Origin: Octopus vulgaris
Lineage: Eukaryota
Reading direction: 5' to 3'
Assembly (NCBI GenBank): GCA_951406725.2
Contig: OX597816.1
Coordinates: forward strand, 152,582,001-152,646,000
Length of the DNA stretch: 64,000 nucleotides
Under the pieces are notes generated by a model, which had not been told where the DNA came from, made no database searches, and was given only the letters and a program-made list of their open reading frames with translations. A program made the translations under genes and the position numbers. The first letter of the stretch is position 1. Each line of letters opens with the position of its first letter. This document shows, piece after piece, positions 1 through 13,278 of the stretch.

Positions 1-476
1 GCATAAGGAAATGTATAAAATAAAAGAGGAAGTGTGTCTCAGGATACTGGTTACATAATATGAGAAGATTTAACTTAATGATCAACGACATGAAGTCAAC
101 AAGGAATCAAGAATTCCGACGGCATAATGCTTTTCATAAATGGATATTATCTTCTTTCGTTTCTTCATACATACGCGCACAAGCATGCACGCACGCACAT
201 ACGCACACGCATACACACACACTCACACACACTGATACATATATGTTGACGCCATATAAAGTTTTATAAACTTTCGAAAGAACGCCAAATAATTCTTTTT
301 TACAAAAGTGGATCTAGATGAACGCATTAAAACTATAAAAAATAACCTGTTTATTGGGGTTAGCCTTCAACTTTTCTATTCAAAAGGGTTTGTAACCCAA
401 TACTTGCATCATACTCTATGTATTCTTCGAGATCCACTGTTCCCCAAAAGAATACATGCATACATACATACATACA

Positions 477-585
<109 letters not shown>

Positions 586-696
586 ATATAAAATGTTTCA
601 AATATTTTAATAATTATATACATAATTATAAGGGATTGGCTATAAGCCTCTTCCTATCTCTCTCTCTTTCTCTCTCTTTCTCTCTCTCTCTCTTTC

Positions 697-775
<79 letters not shown>

Positions 776-838
776 AAACAAACCAGAAATGCTTTGTAAG
801 TTACGGAGAGAAAGCTACTTTGGAAGACTCAGTTTAAT

Positions 839-896
<58 letters not shown>

Positions 897-1499
897 TCAA
901 TAACGAATTAAAAGCAGAGTTAGTGTTGCAAAAAATTATCGACCGCAGATACTCAATCTATGTGTTTTGTTTCTTCGCCGGCTGGCTGCGCCTCCATCAC
1001 TTATGAATTTGATTGGAGGCGAGTTGTGTCGCCTGTCTAATGACTTTCAGGTGTTTAAGTACCCAGCGTAATGAGGGAATCGTCCCCTAGGCTCTATATC
1101 GTAGTGAACCGGTGAACAAACAAAACATGCATTTGACTATGTGCGTTGACAATATATATGTATACATACACACATACGCATATGTATATATTTATACACA
1201 CACATATACATACATACATACATACATACATACATACATACATACATACATACATACATACACACACATACATACATACATACATACATACATACATACA
1301 TACATACATACATACATACATACATACATACATACACATATATATACACACATACACATACTGACCATCTTCACACACACATACACGCACACATACTGAC
1401 CATCTTCACACTTTCGTGTCCCAGAAACCACTTCCTCTCTTTTACTTCCACTTTCGGTCACTCCAGAAATGTAACCGCACGTGGATTGTTAGTGATTTT

Positions 1500-1680
1500 T
1501 TCCTTATTTCACCTCCTTTCTCTTTGGACTTTTCTCTTTCCGACGAAGAGCTTTGCTCGAAAAGCTAAAGACACTTTCCTTTCACCGAGCGTGAAATTAA
1601 TATATTTCTTGTGCACGTTCTCATGTTCGTCTTTTACTTTTTTTCTCTGATTTTTAGTTATTTGTTCTTTGAATTGACTA
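1500..1680 (+). mobile_element. PLE 3'-end (pseudo-LTR) fragment with decayed hammerhead-like motif at 1535-1572
   Basis: ccgacgaagagctttgctcgaaaagctaaagac...ccgagcgtgaaattaat is visibly homologous to the 3' end of the PLE at 40630-40800 (minus). Ends at a (CA)n(TA)n tract. Confidence 0.6.
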
Positions 1681-1691
1681 CATCCATCCAT

Positions 1692-1752
<61 letters not shown>

Positions 1753-1753
<1 letters not shown>

Positions 1754-2027
1754 GATTGTCAAACAGGACAACAAGCGTTAAGGCAAGGCAAACATCTCAA
1801 GTCATATACACTATTATTATTAGAAAAACATTCAAAGTCATACAGCTGTTTCTTGGATATCTCAGAGTATGGGATATTTCCTTATCGGAGAAAATAGGGA
1901 AAATGCGCAGGGTATAAATTAATGAAATGACGACATAGAGGATAGGAGTAAAGGAATAAGGAAGAGAATAAAAGAGAAGTATTAAAGTTCACGGTTCAAT
2001 TTTCCGATCGTGTAGAAGTAAGTCCGT

Positions 2028-2030
<3 letters not shown>
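1753..2030 (-). mobile_element. PLE-like 3'-end fragment of a different family with decayed hammerhead-like motif at 1835-1893
   Basis: Minus strand reads CCGAUAA-G...AUAUC..GAUAU..-GAAA-CAGCUG-UA, with a palindromic stem III and GUA triplet. Abuts (TA)n. Confidence 0.45.
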
Positions 2031-2112
<82 letters not shown>

Positions 2113-2233
2113 ACCACAAAGCGCCTTTATCGTACAGTTGTGCATCATCTTTACTTATAAAAATATCGCTTAGAAGAAATGGGTATCATTTTTTTTTACA
2201 CAAAATGGTGGCTGCCTGCTGCTGATTACTTAC

Positions 2234-2290
2234 CTTAACGCCTTTCTGGTTGCTGAAGTCTGTACTTAGGCAATTAATTGCAATATTCAC
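2234..2290 (-). CDS. grh: Grainyhead exon, VNIAINCLSTDFSNQKGVK (DNA-contacting part of CP2 domain); last exon visible in the window
   Basis: Acceptor ttttcag, donor gtaagt, 57 nt, phase 0/0. CLSTDFSxQKGVK is the Grh-subfamily signature; LSF/TFCP2 has STEFTPRKHGGEKG instead. Confidence 0.95.
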
Positions 2291-3341
2291 CTGAAAACAT
2301 AAATTTAAAATGACACATTTAAGTTTCCTTTCAATTTCAGACATTTGGGTTATATATACAGTTTCTAGTAAATATAAACTATTGTTGCAGCCGCAAAGTA
2401 TTGTTCAAAATAGATTTAGGGCAATATGTACAGTGTATAGCCCATATATAATATATAGAGCCGTATTCAGTGTAGGGAAGAGAGTGACAAAGACCCATAG
2501 AGAGTCAGAAATTGCTAGCTAGTTCAGTAGAGAAAAAGCTAGAGCCGGATAGCTAAACAGAGATATTGATAAATAGATCGAAACTGAAAGAGAGAGAGAG
2601 AGAGAGAAAGAAAGAAAAAAGAAAGAGAGAGAGAAAGATGGAGTGTTAAGATGTAGCAAGTGCAATATTTAAATCTTATATAATTTAAACAAGAGAGTAT
2701 ATCAGGTCACACCCCAGAGAATTAGCATAATAAATGCAGTATTACGTAAAATATATTATGTATAGTTAAGGGTGTGTTACTTATAAACTGCTACACAATT
2801 TCTAGCCTTTTCTAAGTTGTCTTTGCTTTTCAGAAAAATATGCATTTTTATGAGAATTGAACGATAATATCTAGTTTTTAAAAATGTTTATATTTACTCT
2901 ATTATAATGTTCAAACCAAGCCTCACCACTCTTCACAGCATGCCTTTGTTGCGATCATGAAGTATATCATTCGTGAGTCAGACTTTTTATTTGATTAAAC
3001 ATGGGAATTTAAATATTTAATAGAGCATGAAGAGATGCACACAATATCCAGTTTTGTGTTCAGTTTGAAAGAACACTGCTTTTCAGTCTGTCATCAGGGA
3101 AATATTTCTTACAAGACTCAAGATATTTAGAGGAATTTAGAGATGGAATATAACCGAGAACATCTTTATTTCTAATAATTTAACCTATGCAAAAATTATA
3201 AGTTTCAACAAATCTGATCCATCTTTTTCTTTTCTTACACTAATTGACGATTAGAGGCTACTTGTCAGACCTGGAAATTAGTTTATTGACTTTACATATG
3301 GTCTCCTCGTTCTTTCATATCAAATTCTCCCAAAGACTTAC

Positions 3342-3439
3342 CAGTGATGGGGTTTCACTTGGCTTCCATTTGACAGATACAGCATTGTGTGACAACTCTT
3401 CAATGGAATTTGACAGGATTCCTTGGCCGTTTTTAGTGT
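3342..3439 (-). CDS. grh: Grainyhead exon, (D)TKNGQGILSNSIEELSHNAVSVKWKPSETPSL
   Basis: Acceptor tttccag, donor gtaagt, 98 nt, phase 1/0. Matches the Grh pattern DTKN...IEEVSHNA..V.W.P. Confidence 0.95.
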
Positions 3440-4245
3440 CTGGAAATTTAGAATTAAAAAAAAAAAACAATTAGAAAGAAACACAAACATATACTTGGCC
3501 TGGGCCAGTCTTTGCATGAAACATATCTAAATTATATACGTCATCTATGTTACCTCACCATTTTCTTTTATGAAAGATAGATATTTACATAAATGATTTC
3601 TTATTGATATGAAGCATACAAACTATAGAGGGGAAAAGTTGAAGTCGTGACATTCATACCTTTTCCAAGAACATTAGCGACTTAAGAGAAAAGTTGCGGA
3701 CTAACATAGTACTTCATACCATCCTTTCACAAGAAATATTACTCTAGATAGTGTTAGTTTGTCTTAATGACACAATCTGCCACAATGTTATTTACTGGTG
3801 TTCTTTAAACAAATATTATGAAACATCCATTCTGTGATTCCTTATACATATGTCACGAGCATTATTCCTGATAGTATTCCATAAAAACATATAGACCCAA
3901 CTATTTTCTTCTAATTTGTTATCTCATGTTAATGAGAAAAACTATGTATACTTTCTTGGTAGCTGTTTCGAAATACATTTCTAATTATTCAGATATCTGC
4001 ATATCATAGATTATATCAATGTAGCATATTCAATCAGCAGAGAATTCTTAAAATTGTCGGTAAAATTCTACCGAAACTGAAAGATATAACGACGAATAAC
4101 CATCATTGTTTACTAACATTAGAACGATAGTTTCTTAGAAAATGTTTCTCAGAAGCATTCCGCCACAAATGAAGAAGATGATAAGAAAAGAGAGAAAAAA
4201 CATGAAAAATATATAATTTTATATGGAGAATTAAGAAGTACTGAC

Positions 4246-4357
4246 CTATATCAAGAATGCGTGTTTTTGTGCTGTGCTGTCGATCACTCCAAAGCTCCCA
4301 AGCAATCAAATTCTTTTCAAGTGACATCGGTTCCCGAAAGTTGACCAATATCAACGT
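4246..4357 (-). CDS. grh: Grainyhead exon, TLILVNFREPMSLEKNLIAWELWSDRQHSTKTRILDI(D)
   Basis: Acceptor tttttccgttcgtag, donor gtcagt, 112 nt, phase 0/1. Matches FRE...AW..W..RQHS.K.RILD. Confidence 0.95.
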
Positions 4358-6108
4358 CTACGAACGGAAAAAGAATACGTGAAGTTATTTCATAATTAGT
4401 TTTGAATTAGTTTCCTCAAATAATTTTCACTGAGAACGTAATGGCGTCCAAAATGAAAATGTATAAAAAGCAATATGAGGATAGAGTTGCTTGTATTTCT
4501 AACATTAAATTGCATTCAAAGATATCTTTATATAGACACACAAGTAATGTGAATAGGAATTAGACTAAAGAATTTATATATAATTTTCAAGGGTATTTAT
4601 TACATCTGTATATGGACTACATCCAAGAAGAAAACCTGCATCCAGATTTATTAGAATCCTATCTTATTCTACAAAAAACTACGGCATCGCTGTATTTTGA
4701 AAACATTTCAAGTCAATACATTTTTAGGATACAAATTAATTTCTATTCTTTAAAACTGTTTGAAAATGTGACACTTGGGTTCAAAACAGTAAATTCTCAG
4801 TTTTGGTTGTATATAATCCTCTTTAGTTTCAACATCATGCATATTTCAATGGGTAGTCAATTCTAGTCACTTATAGGTGCGATAGGTGTACCCCATCTTC
4901 TCTTCTGACTATGAGAAATTTTGAGCCCAATGTAGCAATCTATGGAAATAATTGATTCAGTAATGCTGGGCATTTCGTGCTTTTCATAACACAAGGCCTA
5001 CTGAGCCAGTGAATCTTGTCTTTTGACTATAGCCACAGCGACTAAAATGATGATGAGAAAATGTTATGCGGAAATTTGATTATACAAGGAATTACAAATC
5101 CTTAAACTTGTCTTTGAAGAAAACTCTTAATTCTAAGGTGAGATTCAAGATTTCAATCTGTGTTAGATATGAGAAACTTACTTAAATACAATTTGTAAGT
5201 AGCAAAGTATCTTTAAAAAAGGATGGGGATGATTTGGATGGATTTACAATTGATCCGAATAATTGGTTTTAGATTCAAGTTGTTTTTTGAGATCATAAAC
5301 ATGTTTTTTCCCCACAAGATTTAGTCAGAAGAGGAAAGGTAGAGCCCTTGACATATTTTTTTCAGAGACTTCGGGTGTGGTGCGAGGAAAGTGTCTTCAT
5401 AAAGGAGTGCGTTTCACTAGAAACATTTAAGGGTCAGATTAAACCGGGAGACTGATTAACTCTATCATCGGATTGTATTGTAATGTTTATATACTAAAGG
5501 TTGTCCAATGTATGTTTGGTCTACCCTATCTGCGGGTAAAAACTATTAATTGCTAATTATTCTAGTGCAGTGCACATGAAAATGCAATATAATACAATGA
5601 TTAAACGATGATTTTAATGAAGCTCTTTATTAATTTTCATGAAATTTACGTTTTCTGTCGATCGAGATAAGGATATAAGAAAAACAAAGAAGTATGAGCT
5701 CAAAAGTCAGAAGTGAAAGGGTTAAAAGGACCTGTAGAAGAGATAGGTTTATACGATTTAGAAGGCGGATGAAACTGAACGAAAGGAAAGACAACCCGAA
5801 ATTCTAGTATCTCTGTGATGATATTACCCATACAAATATGCACTATAGTCATAGCATTTTTACAGTATTATGGGTTGAATCCTCGTTCTTTTCTCCAAGT
5901 CCATGGAAAGATTTAATCTATACCGCAAATATAACAAAGCACAGCATCCTCGATGAATACAGTATTGAACTGTATTTTCTGTGTACTTATTATAGTTAGA
6001 TAGACTGGTTCGTTTCAAAGTTTCAGTTAAGTATCATTACCATTAATGATAGTATAACAACTTGTTAAGCTATTTATATAAGTATTTAAGTAAAACAGAC
6101 ATTCTTAC

Positions 6109-6176
6109 CGTAACAGTGACGTTCTTAATATGTTTTTCTTTCTTTGTGTTCTCCATTAGTAATGTGTAATATTGAC
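6109..6176 (-). CDS. grh: Grainyhead exon, (G)QYYTLLMENTKKEKHIKNVTVT
   Basis: Acceptor tttcatag, donor gtaaga, 68 nt, phase 1/0. Completes YLNK-GQYY and IKNxTV; phases fit both neighbours. Confidence 0.92.
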
Positions 6177-6958
6177 CTATGAAATTATATGGAGGAAAAC
6201 ATTAAATGACAGATTAGAATAAATTAACATCTGAGGATTCAGTCAATTTGGAAGTTTTTTAATCAATCATCTATTGATTGTTATTAGCAACTTGTTTGAC
6301 TCAGATCAGTCATGATTTTGTAGAGCTATGAATAAAAGTCTTCCTGTTGTAAACCAGAGGCTACTACATTGTATTCTTCCCTTTTTTAAGACAATAATGA
6401 TGTTAGTTTAGGGAGAGTTGGCTGCTACTTTTTGCAGGTCAAACTTCACCGTCATATTGATGCTCTATTGTTGACTCGTTGTTAGAAAATATAGCTAGCC
6501 ATGCTTGATTCCACAGATTTATGGCTTACTCAAACTTGGACAACGTAAAAATGAATGGAAAGGCTTCCTAAGTTGTTGCACTTCTTTGATATATAAACAT
6601 GGGCACCCTGGGTAATTAACCAGGAGCATCACGGGCGTACGGACCCAATTCTGAGCCATGTATATTGTTGCAGTCAATATACTGATGAGACAACTCTGAA
6701 TAAAGCTATTGGTTGTTACAAGAAAATTTAATCAAGAAAAGAAAAAAAATGATCTCAGCAGACATTTTTTGAGGGATTATTTTTTCAAGGAAGTTGAGTG
6801 GAATACAAGAGGCAAGCCAAATCAGAACAAATACCAAATATATCTATGTTATACAGCCTTTTAAGTCAATCTCTGTTCCTTGAACTCTGATGGCAGGTCA
6901 TCAGATATCGTTCATCTAACACATACATACACATATATGTGTATGTAAATACATACAC

Positions 6959-7036
<78 letters not shown>

Positions 7037-7205
7037 GTACATCTTTGAGGGTGTACGAAGAACCTACTACTACGATTGGCACATGGTCTGAAATTTTGGG
7101 AGAGGCGATAGCAACATCAGTACCAGCAAGCGAGTGCAGTGTCAGTTACGAAGAGTTTAGTAACACTGTACAACTTTATTTTCATCGTTATACTTTCTAT
7201 TTGTA

Positions 7206-7420
7206 AAGGCGGTGAGCTGGCAGAATCGTTACCGACCCGGACAAAATGCTTAGTGGAATTTTCTTCTGGCTTTACGTTCTGAGTTCAAATGTCGCCCAGG
7301 TCGAACTTACTTTTCATCCCTTCGCAGTTGATGAAGTAAGTGCCAGTTGAGCACTCGGGTCGATCTAATCAACTATCTCCTCTCCCAAAATTTCAGACCT
7401 TGTGGCTCTAGTAGTAGGCA
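7206..7420 (+). mobile_element. tRNA-derived SINE, family A
   Basis: Head aaggcggtgagctggcagaa, B-box-like gagttcaaat, body tttcatccc..gggtcgat shared with at least six other copies in the window. Confidence 0.85.
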
Positions 7421-7421
7421 C

Positions 7422-7646
7422 AAGTTCTACAAATTCAATCATATTTATCAAAAATGGAGGTGATAAGATGTTAAAATGTCGTAAGAAGTTTATTCATGCA
7501 TACAATCGTTTCGTACATATATATAAATTCATTTAAAAATTTCCAAAAGGTACGAAACGAGTGTATGCATGAATGAATTTCTTACAACTTTTTAACATTT
7601 TATCTCCATTCCATTTTTGACAAATATGATTGGATTTGTAGAACTT
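7422..7646. repeat. Imperfect foldback, arms 7422-7516 and 7550-7646
   Basis: aagttctacaaattcaatcatattt...tcgtttcgtac pairs with gtacgaaacga...aaatatgattggatttgtagaactt. Confidence 0.85.
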
Positions 7647-7670
7647 CATTTTATAAATTAATCATACACT

Positions 7671-7726
<56 letters not shown>

Positions 7727-7733
7727 GTGTATA

Positions 7734-7772
<39 letters not shown>

Positions 7773-7780
7773 CTTCTCAC

Positions 7781-7875
7781 CTTTGTTTAGATATGTAATT
7801 CGATCTTCTTCAATGCGTTGAGTGGTTGAGGTTGGCGTCTCCATGATATACCGGTAGCCTGACGTATCATTTTCT
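7781..7875 (-). CDS. grh: Grainyhead exon, ENDTSGYRYIMETPTSTTQRIEEDRITYLNK(G), start of CP2 domain
   Basis: Acceptor ttttcgcccttag, donor gtgaga, 95 nt, phase 2/1. EDRITYLNKG motif. Confidence 0.95.
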
Positions 7876-9086
7876 CTAAGGGCGAAAACAGAAGATCTGC
7901 ATTAACATCATTAATTGTTCTTATTGTACGATTGTAAGTAGTAATTGCTTTCCCTTATGACTTTCTGGTCAGGTTTATGAATGAATGGAAAGAGATACAT
8001 CCACATCACTCACTCACTCACTCACTCACTCTCTCTCACACACACATACACACAAAGATGCACAAATAAATGACTCCAATAGTTAGGAGTCAAATGTTTA
8101 TGTGTGTTCAAGAGAGAGAGGTGGAATGGGGGCGGTAAAGAGTGACTATATCTATGCGCTTGGTATTTAAAAATGAATGGTCTTTGTATTAGATGAAGGA
8201 TTACGTCTTCTGGAAAGTTAATGGTCCTTGACTAGGTTTTGACTTTAATATGGCTGTGTAAGAAGAGGAAGGCCAGTGTCAAGATATTCTGCCTGATCCC
8301 CAAGACCGATGAAGGAAAATGATGAAGAAACCAAGCATGTGTTACTCTCAGACTGGAGACCAGGTCTCCGGCCTGTGAATAACGCATGTATGGTCGCCAC
8401 TAAAGCCACTTAGGAGTCTGATGGCTGAAAGATTAAATCAAAAACGGATGCTGTCAACTCGATGGGTTTTCACAGTTTCCATTCATCCAATCTGTCTAAT
8501 AGGTCTTGGGTTTACCCGATGCTGTGGCAGAATACATTTTAACCACATTGTCATTCCTATATAGATTGCAGATAGAGATATTAAAGACATTGCAGTTATC
8601 TATGTAATTGTTGAACGCTGTCATTTCAGATAGCGTCATATTTTTCAGACAATGCACCTGGGGCTATATTATCCCACACATCTTTCCCATTTGGCGATGG
8701 CGGAGAGTAACCGAAGGAGATTTGGCTGCTATTTCTAGCGGGTAGAGTGATTACTCAATGACTCCTTCGTCCGGTCATATTTGTAGATGTGTCTCCACAT
8801 ATTGTTGTAGATAACAAAAAAAGTTGTATATCTAGACACACCTTGATGATACCAACTAGAGATAGTTTATATGTAATCGGCTATAAATAATAACTGAAAA
8901 TCGAAGGGGCTAGTGGCCGAAAATATCGCTATTGTAAAGCAGAAAATGATAAATATGAATATTTTCTCGCGGCACACTGACATAAATATGTTTTTGCTTG
9001 AACACTTCATAAGTGTGGATTATTTCAACGTTGTAGCTACAAACCCGAGAATGCAATTCTGATATATGAACTAGTTAATTAAAAAC

Positions 9087-9118
<32 letters not shown>

Positions 9119-9249
9119 TGTATGTATGTATGTATGTATGTATGTATGTATGTATGTATGTATGTATGTATGTATGCATGCATGTATGTATGTATGTATG
9201 TATGTATGTATGTATGTGTGTATGTATGTATGTATGCATGTATGTATGT

Positions 9250-9540
9250 ATGTATTTGCAGATTTGTATGTTTCTCATGCGTATACTTGCATATCTAGAC
9301 ATGCTCATGTATACTTAAATGATAACCTTCTGGAAAGTTTTACAGATTTTTACAGTTCCAGTGATGGCTTCGATCTGTAATCTTTGAATCAGCTTTTTCC
9401 TTTCTGGTTTTCAGAATTCTAATTTCTCAAGATTGGTATTTAGGCAATGTGTTACATATCCCAGTTCCTTAATGGTTACATGTATAAACTTGAACATGTA
9501 ATCTGGATAGAGTAGCTGCAGATTTGTCAGTAGTTCAGCG
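9250..9540 (+). repeat. Dispersed repeat inserted in (TATG)n; related copy on the minus strand at about 44860-44985
   Basis: gcagatttgtatg...tatacttgcatatctagacat..tcat...cttaa.tgataa..ttctggaaa is shared between the two loci. Confidence 0.75.
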
Positions 9541-9752
9541 TATGTATGTATGTATGTATGTATGTATGTGTGTGTGTGTGTGTCTATGTATGTTTGTATG
9601 TATGTATGTATGTATGTATGTATGTATGTATGTATGTATGTATGTATGGATACGTTTGTGTATATGGATACGTGTGTGTGTGTAAGTATGTATTACATTA
9701 CTACAATCAGTAGCAATTCTTTGTTAATCTAAATCATATCTATTCTTACTAT

Positions 9753-10096
9753 TGGAGGAGGAGATCCCCTTCGCTCATGAATGACCATGAAATTGCCCCT
9801 AGAAAGTTACCCTCCGACGCACAAGTCCAGGCAAGGTTGTTTATGGAAGGCCAGCAGTCACCCATGCATACCAGCCTCCCCTCTCACACCACTGATGTTA
9901 TCCAAGGGAAAGGCAAAGGCCGATACAGCTTGGCACTAATGATTTCGCAACTCATTTCTACAGCTGAGTGAACTGGAGCAACGTGAAATAAAGTGTCTTG
10001 CTCAAGAATACAACACGCAGCCCGGTCCGGGAATCGAACTCACGACCTCACAATCGTAAGCTCGACGCTCTAATCACTGAGCCATGTGCCTTCACC
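9753..10096 (-). mobile_element. tRNA-derived SINE, family B
   Basis: Minus strand has A box tggctcagtgattag, B box gagttcgattccc, then ttgagcaagacact and ccagttcactcagctgta. Confidence 0.85.
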
Positions 10097-10470
10097 ACTT
10101 GTGCCTGGGAAGGTAATTTTCTAGGTGCAATCCCATGTATTCCTACTATATGCACAAAGAATCACTTTAAAATGGTAAATAAATTCTAGGTGTGCCTGCA
10201 ACCGAAACTCAAGAAAGACCACATGTATTTTTATCATGCCATATTGATAACCTCGAATCGAGTACTACAAGCTAATGAAATATCTTAATTATAGAAGGGT
10301 TTTTCTGTCATGGTTATAAATTATGTCATTGTGAAGGATACAACACATTGCTGATGACAGGGCAGGATACTAACTGTCAGCCTATCTCAGGGTGGGAGTT
10401 TCTAGACTCTTGAATCTTAGCCATAAAAATAGCCAAAATATAATATCAATATTCTCAAAAATCTACTTAC

Positions 10471-10664
10471 AATTTTGGTATAACGACACTTGATCCATGT
10501 AATTTTTCGGCCCCAGCGATTTGTCCTTTTATGTTCACGGTACTTTGTGATCGGCGTCTTTTAAGGTATTTGGGTTTTTGCTCTGTAATAATCTCAGCCC
10601 CAGCCGCTCCTGTTGTTGCACCTCCATAGGGAGGGGCCAACGCTGATTGGGCTTCTTTGAATGC
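10471..10664 (-). CDS. grh: Grainyhead exon upstream of the DNA-binding domain, AFKEAQSALAPPYGG...KPKYLKRRRS...VIPK(L); basic stretch is a possible NLS
   Basis: Acceptor ttttacag, donor gtaagt, 194 nt open frame, GC-richer than flanks. Phase 0/2 fits the 7875 exon. Confidence 0.85.
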
Positions 10665-11871
10665 CTGTAAAATACAGATGTAAATAAAAGATGTCAAAAA
10701 TTAAATTCAGTTATTGAATTGTATTGAATCGTAAGATTGTTGTTGTTGTTGTTGCTGTTGTTGTTATTATCATTATTGACAATATCAGACAATTGTTGTT
10801 TTATTTTACTATTGGCCTTGAGCAAATAACGCAATAATTTTGTTGTAAAGATTTCATGTCAATACCTTAAATACATGAGTGAAAGAAAAGAGGCAAATAA
10901 GAATTTTATCACATTGAATGGACATTACACTCCAATAAAACTAAAGCAAACAAACTGGAATATGCGATATTAAGCTCACCCCCCACCACACACACACGCA
11001 CACGCACACAAACAAACACGCATACTATTAAAATTATATGCATGCGTGTGTGTGTATGTGTATATAAAATACTTAGATATATACGTGATTATACAATAAT
11101 TTTTATATTATATGAAAGACATTTTAGGAATAACAATAAAGCATTTACTGAGGGGATCTTAATACTAAATGTAGAATAGAATTGTTTCTAAAATTTGTTT
11201 TTAGTGGGGCTACAAAGTTTTGTTTGAAGAAATTCCAAAAGACTGGTTGAATATGCTGACAGGCGAAACTTGAAATCTATCTCAAAATTAATGTTATAAT
11301 GCCTGTATTTATATCCCAGTGGGATTTGATCTTACAATATAAAGGGACGTAACTAAATAACAACGCTTTTTAATCATTGGACCGTCTATCTATTCTACTA
11401 TTTACCATCCTCAGCTTAATAATGGTTATTAGCTTAGACACAATGCTTTTTTCGAAAATCCCTCCAAAAGTCGAAATTTTATGTAAAAGGAAAATGAATG
11501 TACAACAAAGTAGGTCAGAAAAAAGAACGGCTAAAAACGTAAAGAAGCTGTACTAGTTTCTTTTGGTAACTGTCACAATTATTGCAACAAATATTTGAAT
11601 ATAAGTAAGAAAATGCCAAAGTTCGAATTGGGGCAAAATAAGAAATGTTAGAGCGAATAAGAACTCCGTATTCTTTGTGAAATCAGAAAAGATGAAATAA
11701 GAGTAAGACAGAACACTAGGTATTTAAAGAATTACAAAATAGATAAATAAATATAAGTAATAAAGTAGATGAAATAAAGACCTAAATAATTCTGCAAATG
11801 GCAGAGAAGCTTAAGAAGATCAGAAAACTTGAAAACAGCCAACTCGGTGAGCAAATAATCAGTTAATTCAC

Positions 11872-11905
11872 CTTTGACATTTCATATAAACCTGAAATAA
11901 CAGAC
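11872..11905 (-). CDS. grh: Candidate small Grainyhead exon, (E)SVISGLYEMSK
   Basis: Polypyrimidine acceptor ccctttccttgttagcag, donor AAG|gtgaat, 34 nt. Phase 2/0 links the 34117 exon to the 10664 exon. An alternative acceptor would start the exon at 11891. Confidence 0.5.
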
Positions 11906-12218
11906 CTGCTAACAAGGAAAGGGATACAAGAGTTATTTTATAAATCATGTGAGATGACGAAAAGTGATATACAAGGCTGTACTTCGTTGATGAGTTCAAA
12001 ATGAGATCTAAACATCCAGAATTGTCTCCCATACATGCCGAGAAAATGTAAATCATATTAATTGTTGACTAATTATATATATTTTTACGCGCGCGCGTAC
12101 ACACAAACACACATTAGATTTCAACTGGCCTATTTATTATTGCTGCCGAGAGGTGGCGTAAATTCGTAGTAAATTCGATCGCTCGTAAGTCGGACAGGTC
12201 GTATGTTGACGACGACCT

Positions 12219-12330
<112 letters not shown>

Positions 12331-13041
12331 AATATTTGGAGCGATTCTGGAGATTTGGTACAGAGGCTAGGGAAATGCATTTGTTACTTGTAAATCTACG
12401 TCAGATATTTCAATTTTCTGACGTTCTAACCTTAAGGAAATCAAAAATTTTTTTTCTGTCAAACTAATATCTTCAAGGATCTCTCAATATTTTATGATCC
12501 CCAATGAAGTCTAAGAGGAAGTTTACCTGTTATTTTATTACTACATTGCACATGCGTTGCCAAGTGGTAGTAAATTTCCTGAGTCCCGTTTGCGATAGAG
12601 TTTCTGTTTCCTTGAGCCAGTTAACCAACTTTTCCCCACCCTCGTACTTTCTCATTGACTGAAATGATTGAGAATGTTCACTCTTGGAACAAAAGGATTT
12701 GAAAACTAAGATGTTGGAAACACGACAGTGCTTCTTACTTTTAAAATATGGTTACGTTTGTGTGAACGTAGAACGTGTAATGGTGTATGTAGGTATGTAG
12801 TTGAGAATATATTTGTGCTTGTCTGCGTGACAAGGAGAGAGAGGGACAGACAGAGTGAAAGAAAGAGAAAGAGAGAAAAACATAATGAACGAGAGAGAGA
12901 GAAAGAGAGAGAAAGAAAGAGAGAGAGAGGTAATGAGAGAGAGAGAGAGAGAGTGAGAGAGAGAGAGAGAGAAAGAGAGGGAGAGAAAAGAGAACGAGAA
13001 AGAGCATGTTTATGTGTATGTGCTATGAGAGAATGTGTGAT

Positions 13042-13278
13042 AAGGCGGCGAGCTGGCAGAAACGTTAGCACGCCGGGCGAAATGCTTAGCAGTATTTCGT
13101 CTGTCGTTACGTTCTGAGTTCAAATTCCGCCGAGGTCGACTTTGCCTTTCATCCTTTCGGGGTCGATAAATTAAGGACCAGTTGCGCACTGGGGTCGATG
13201 TAATCGACTTAATCCCTTCGTCTGTCCTTGTTTGTCCCCTCTATGTTAAGCCCCTTGTGGGCAATAAAGAAATAAGAA
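13042..13278 (+). mobile_element. tRNA-derived SINE, family A (near-consensus copy)
   Basis: aaggcggcgagctggcagaaacgttagc...gagttcaaattccgccgaggtcgactttgcc...aataaagaaataagaat. Confidence 0.9.
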
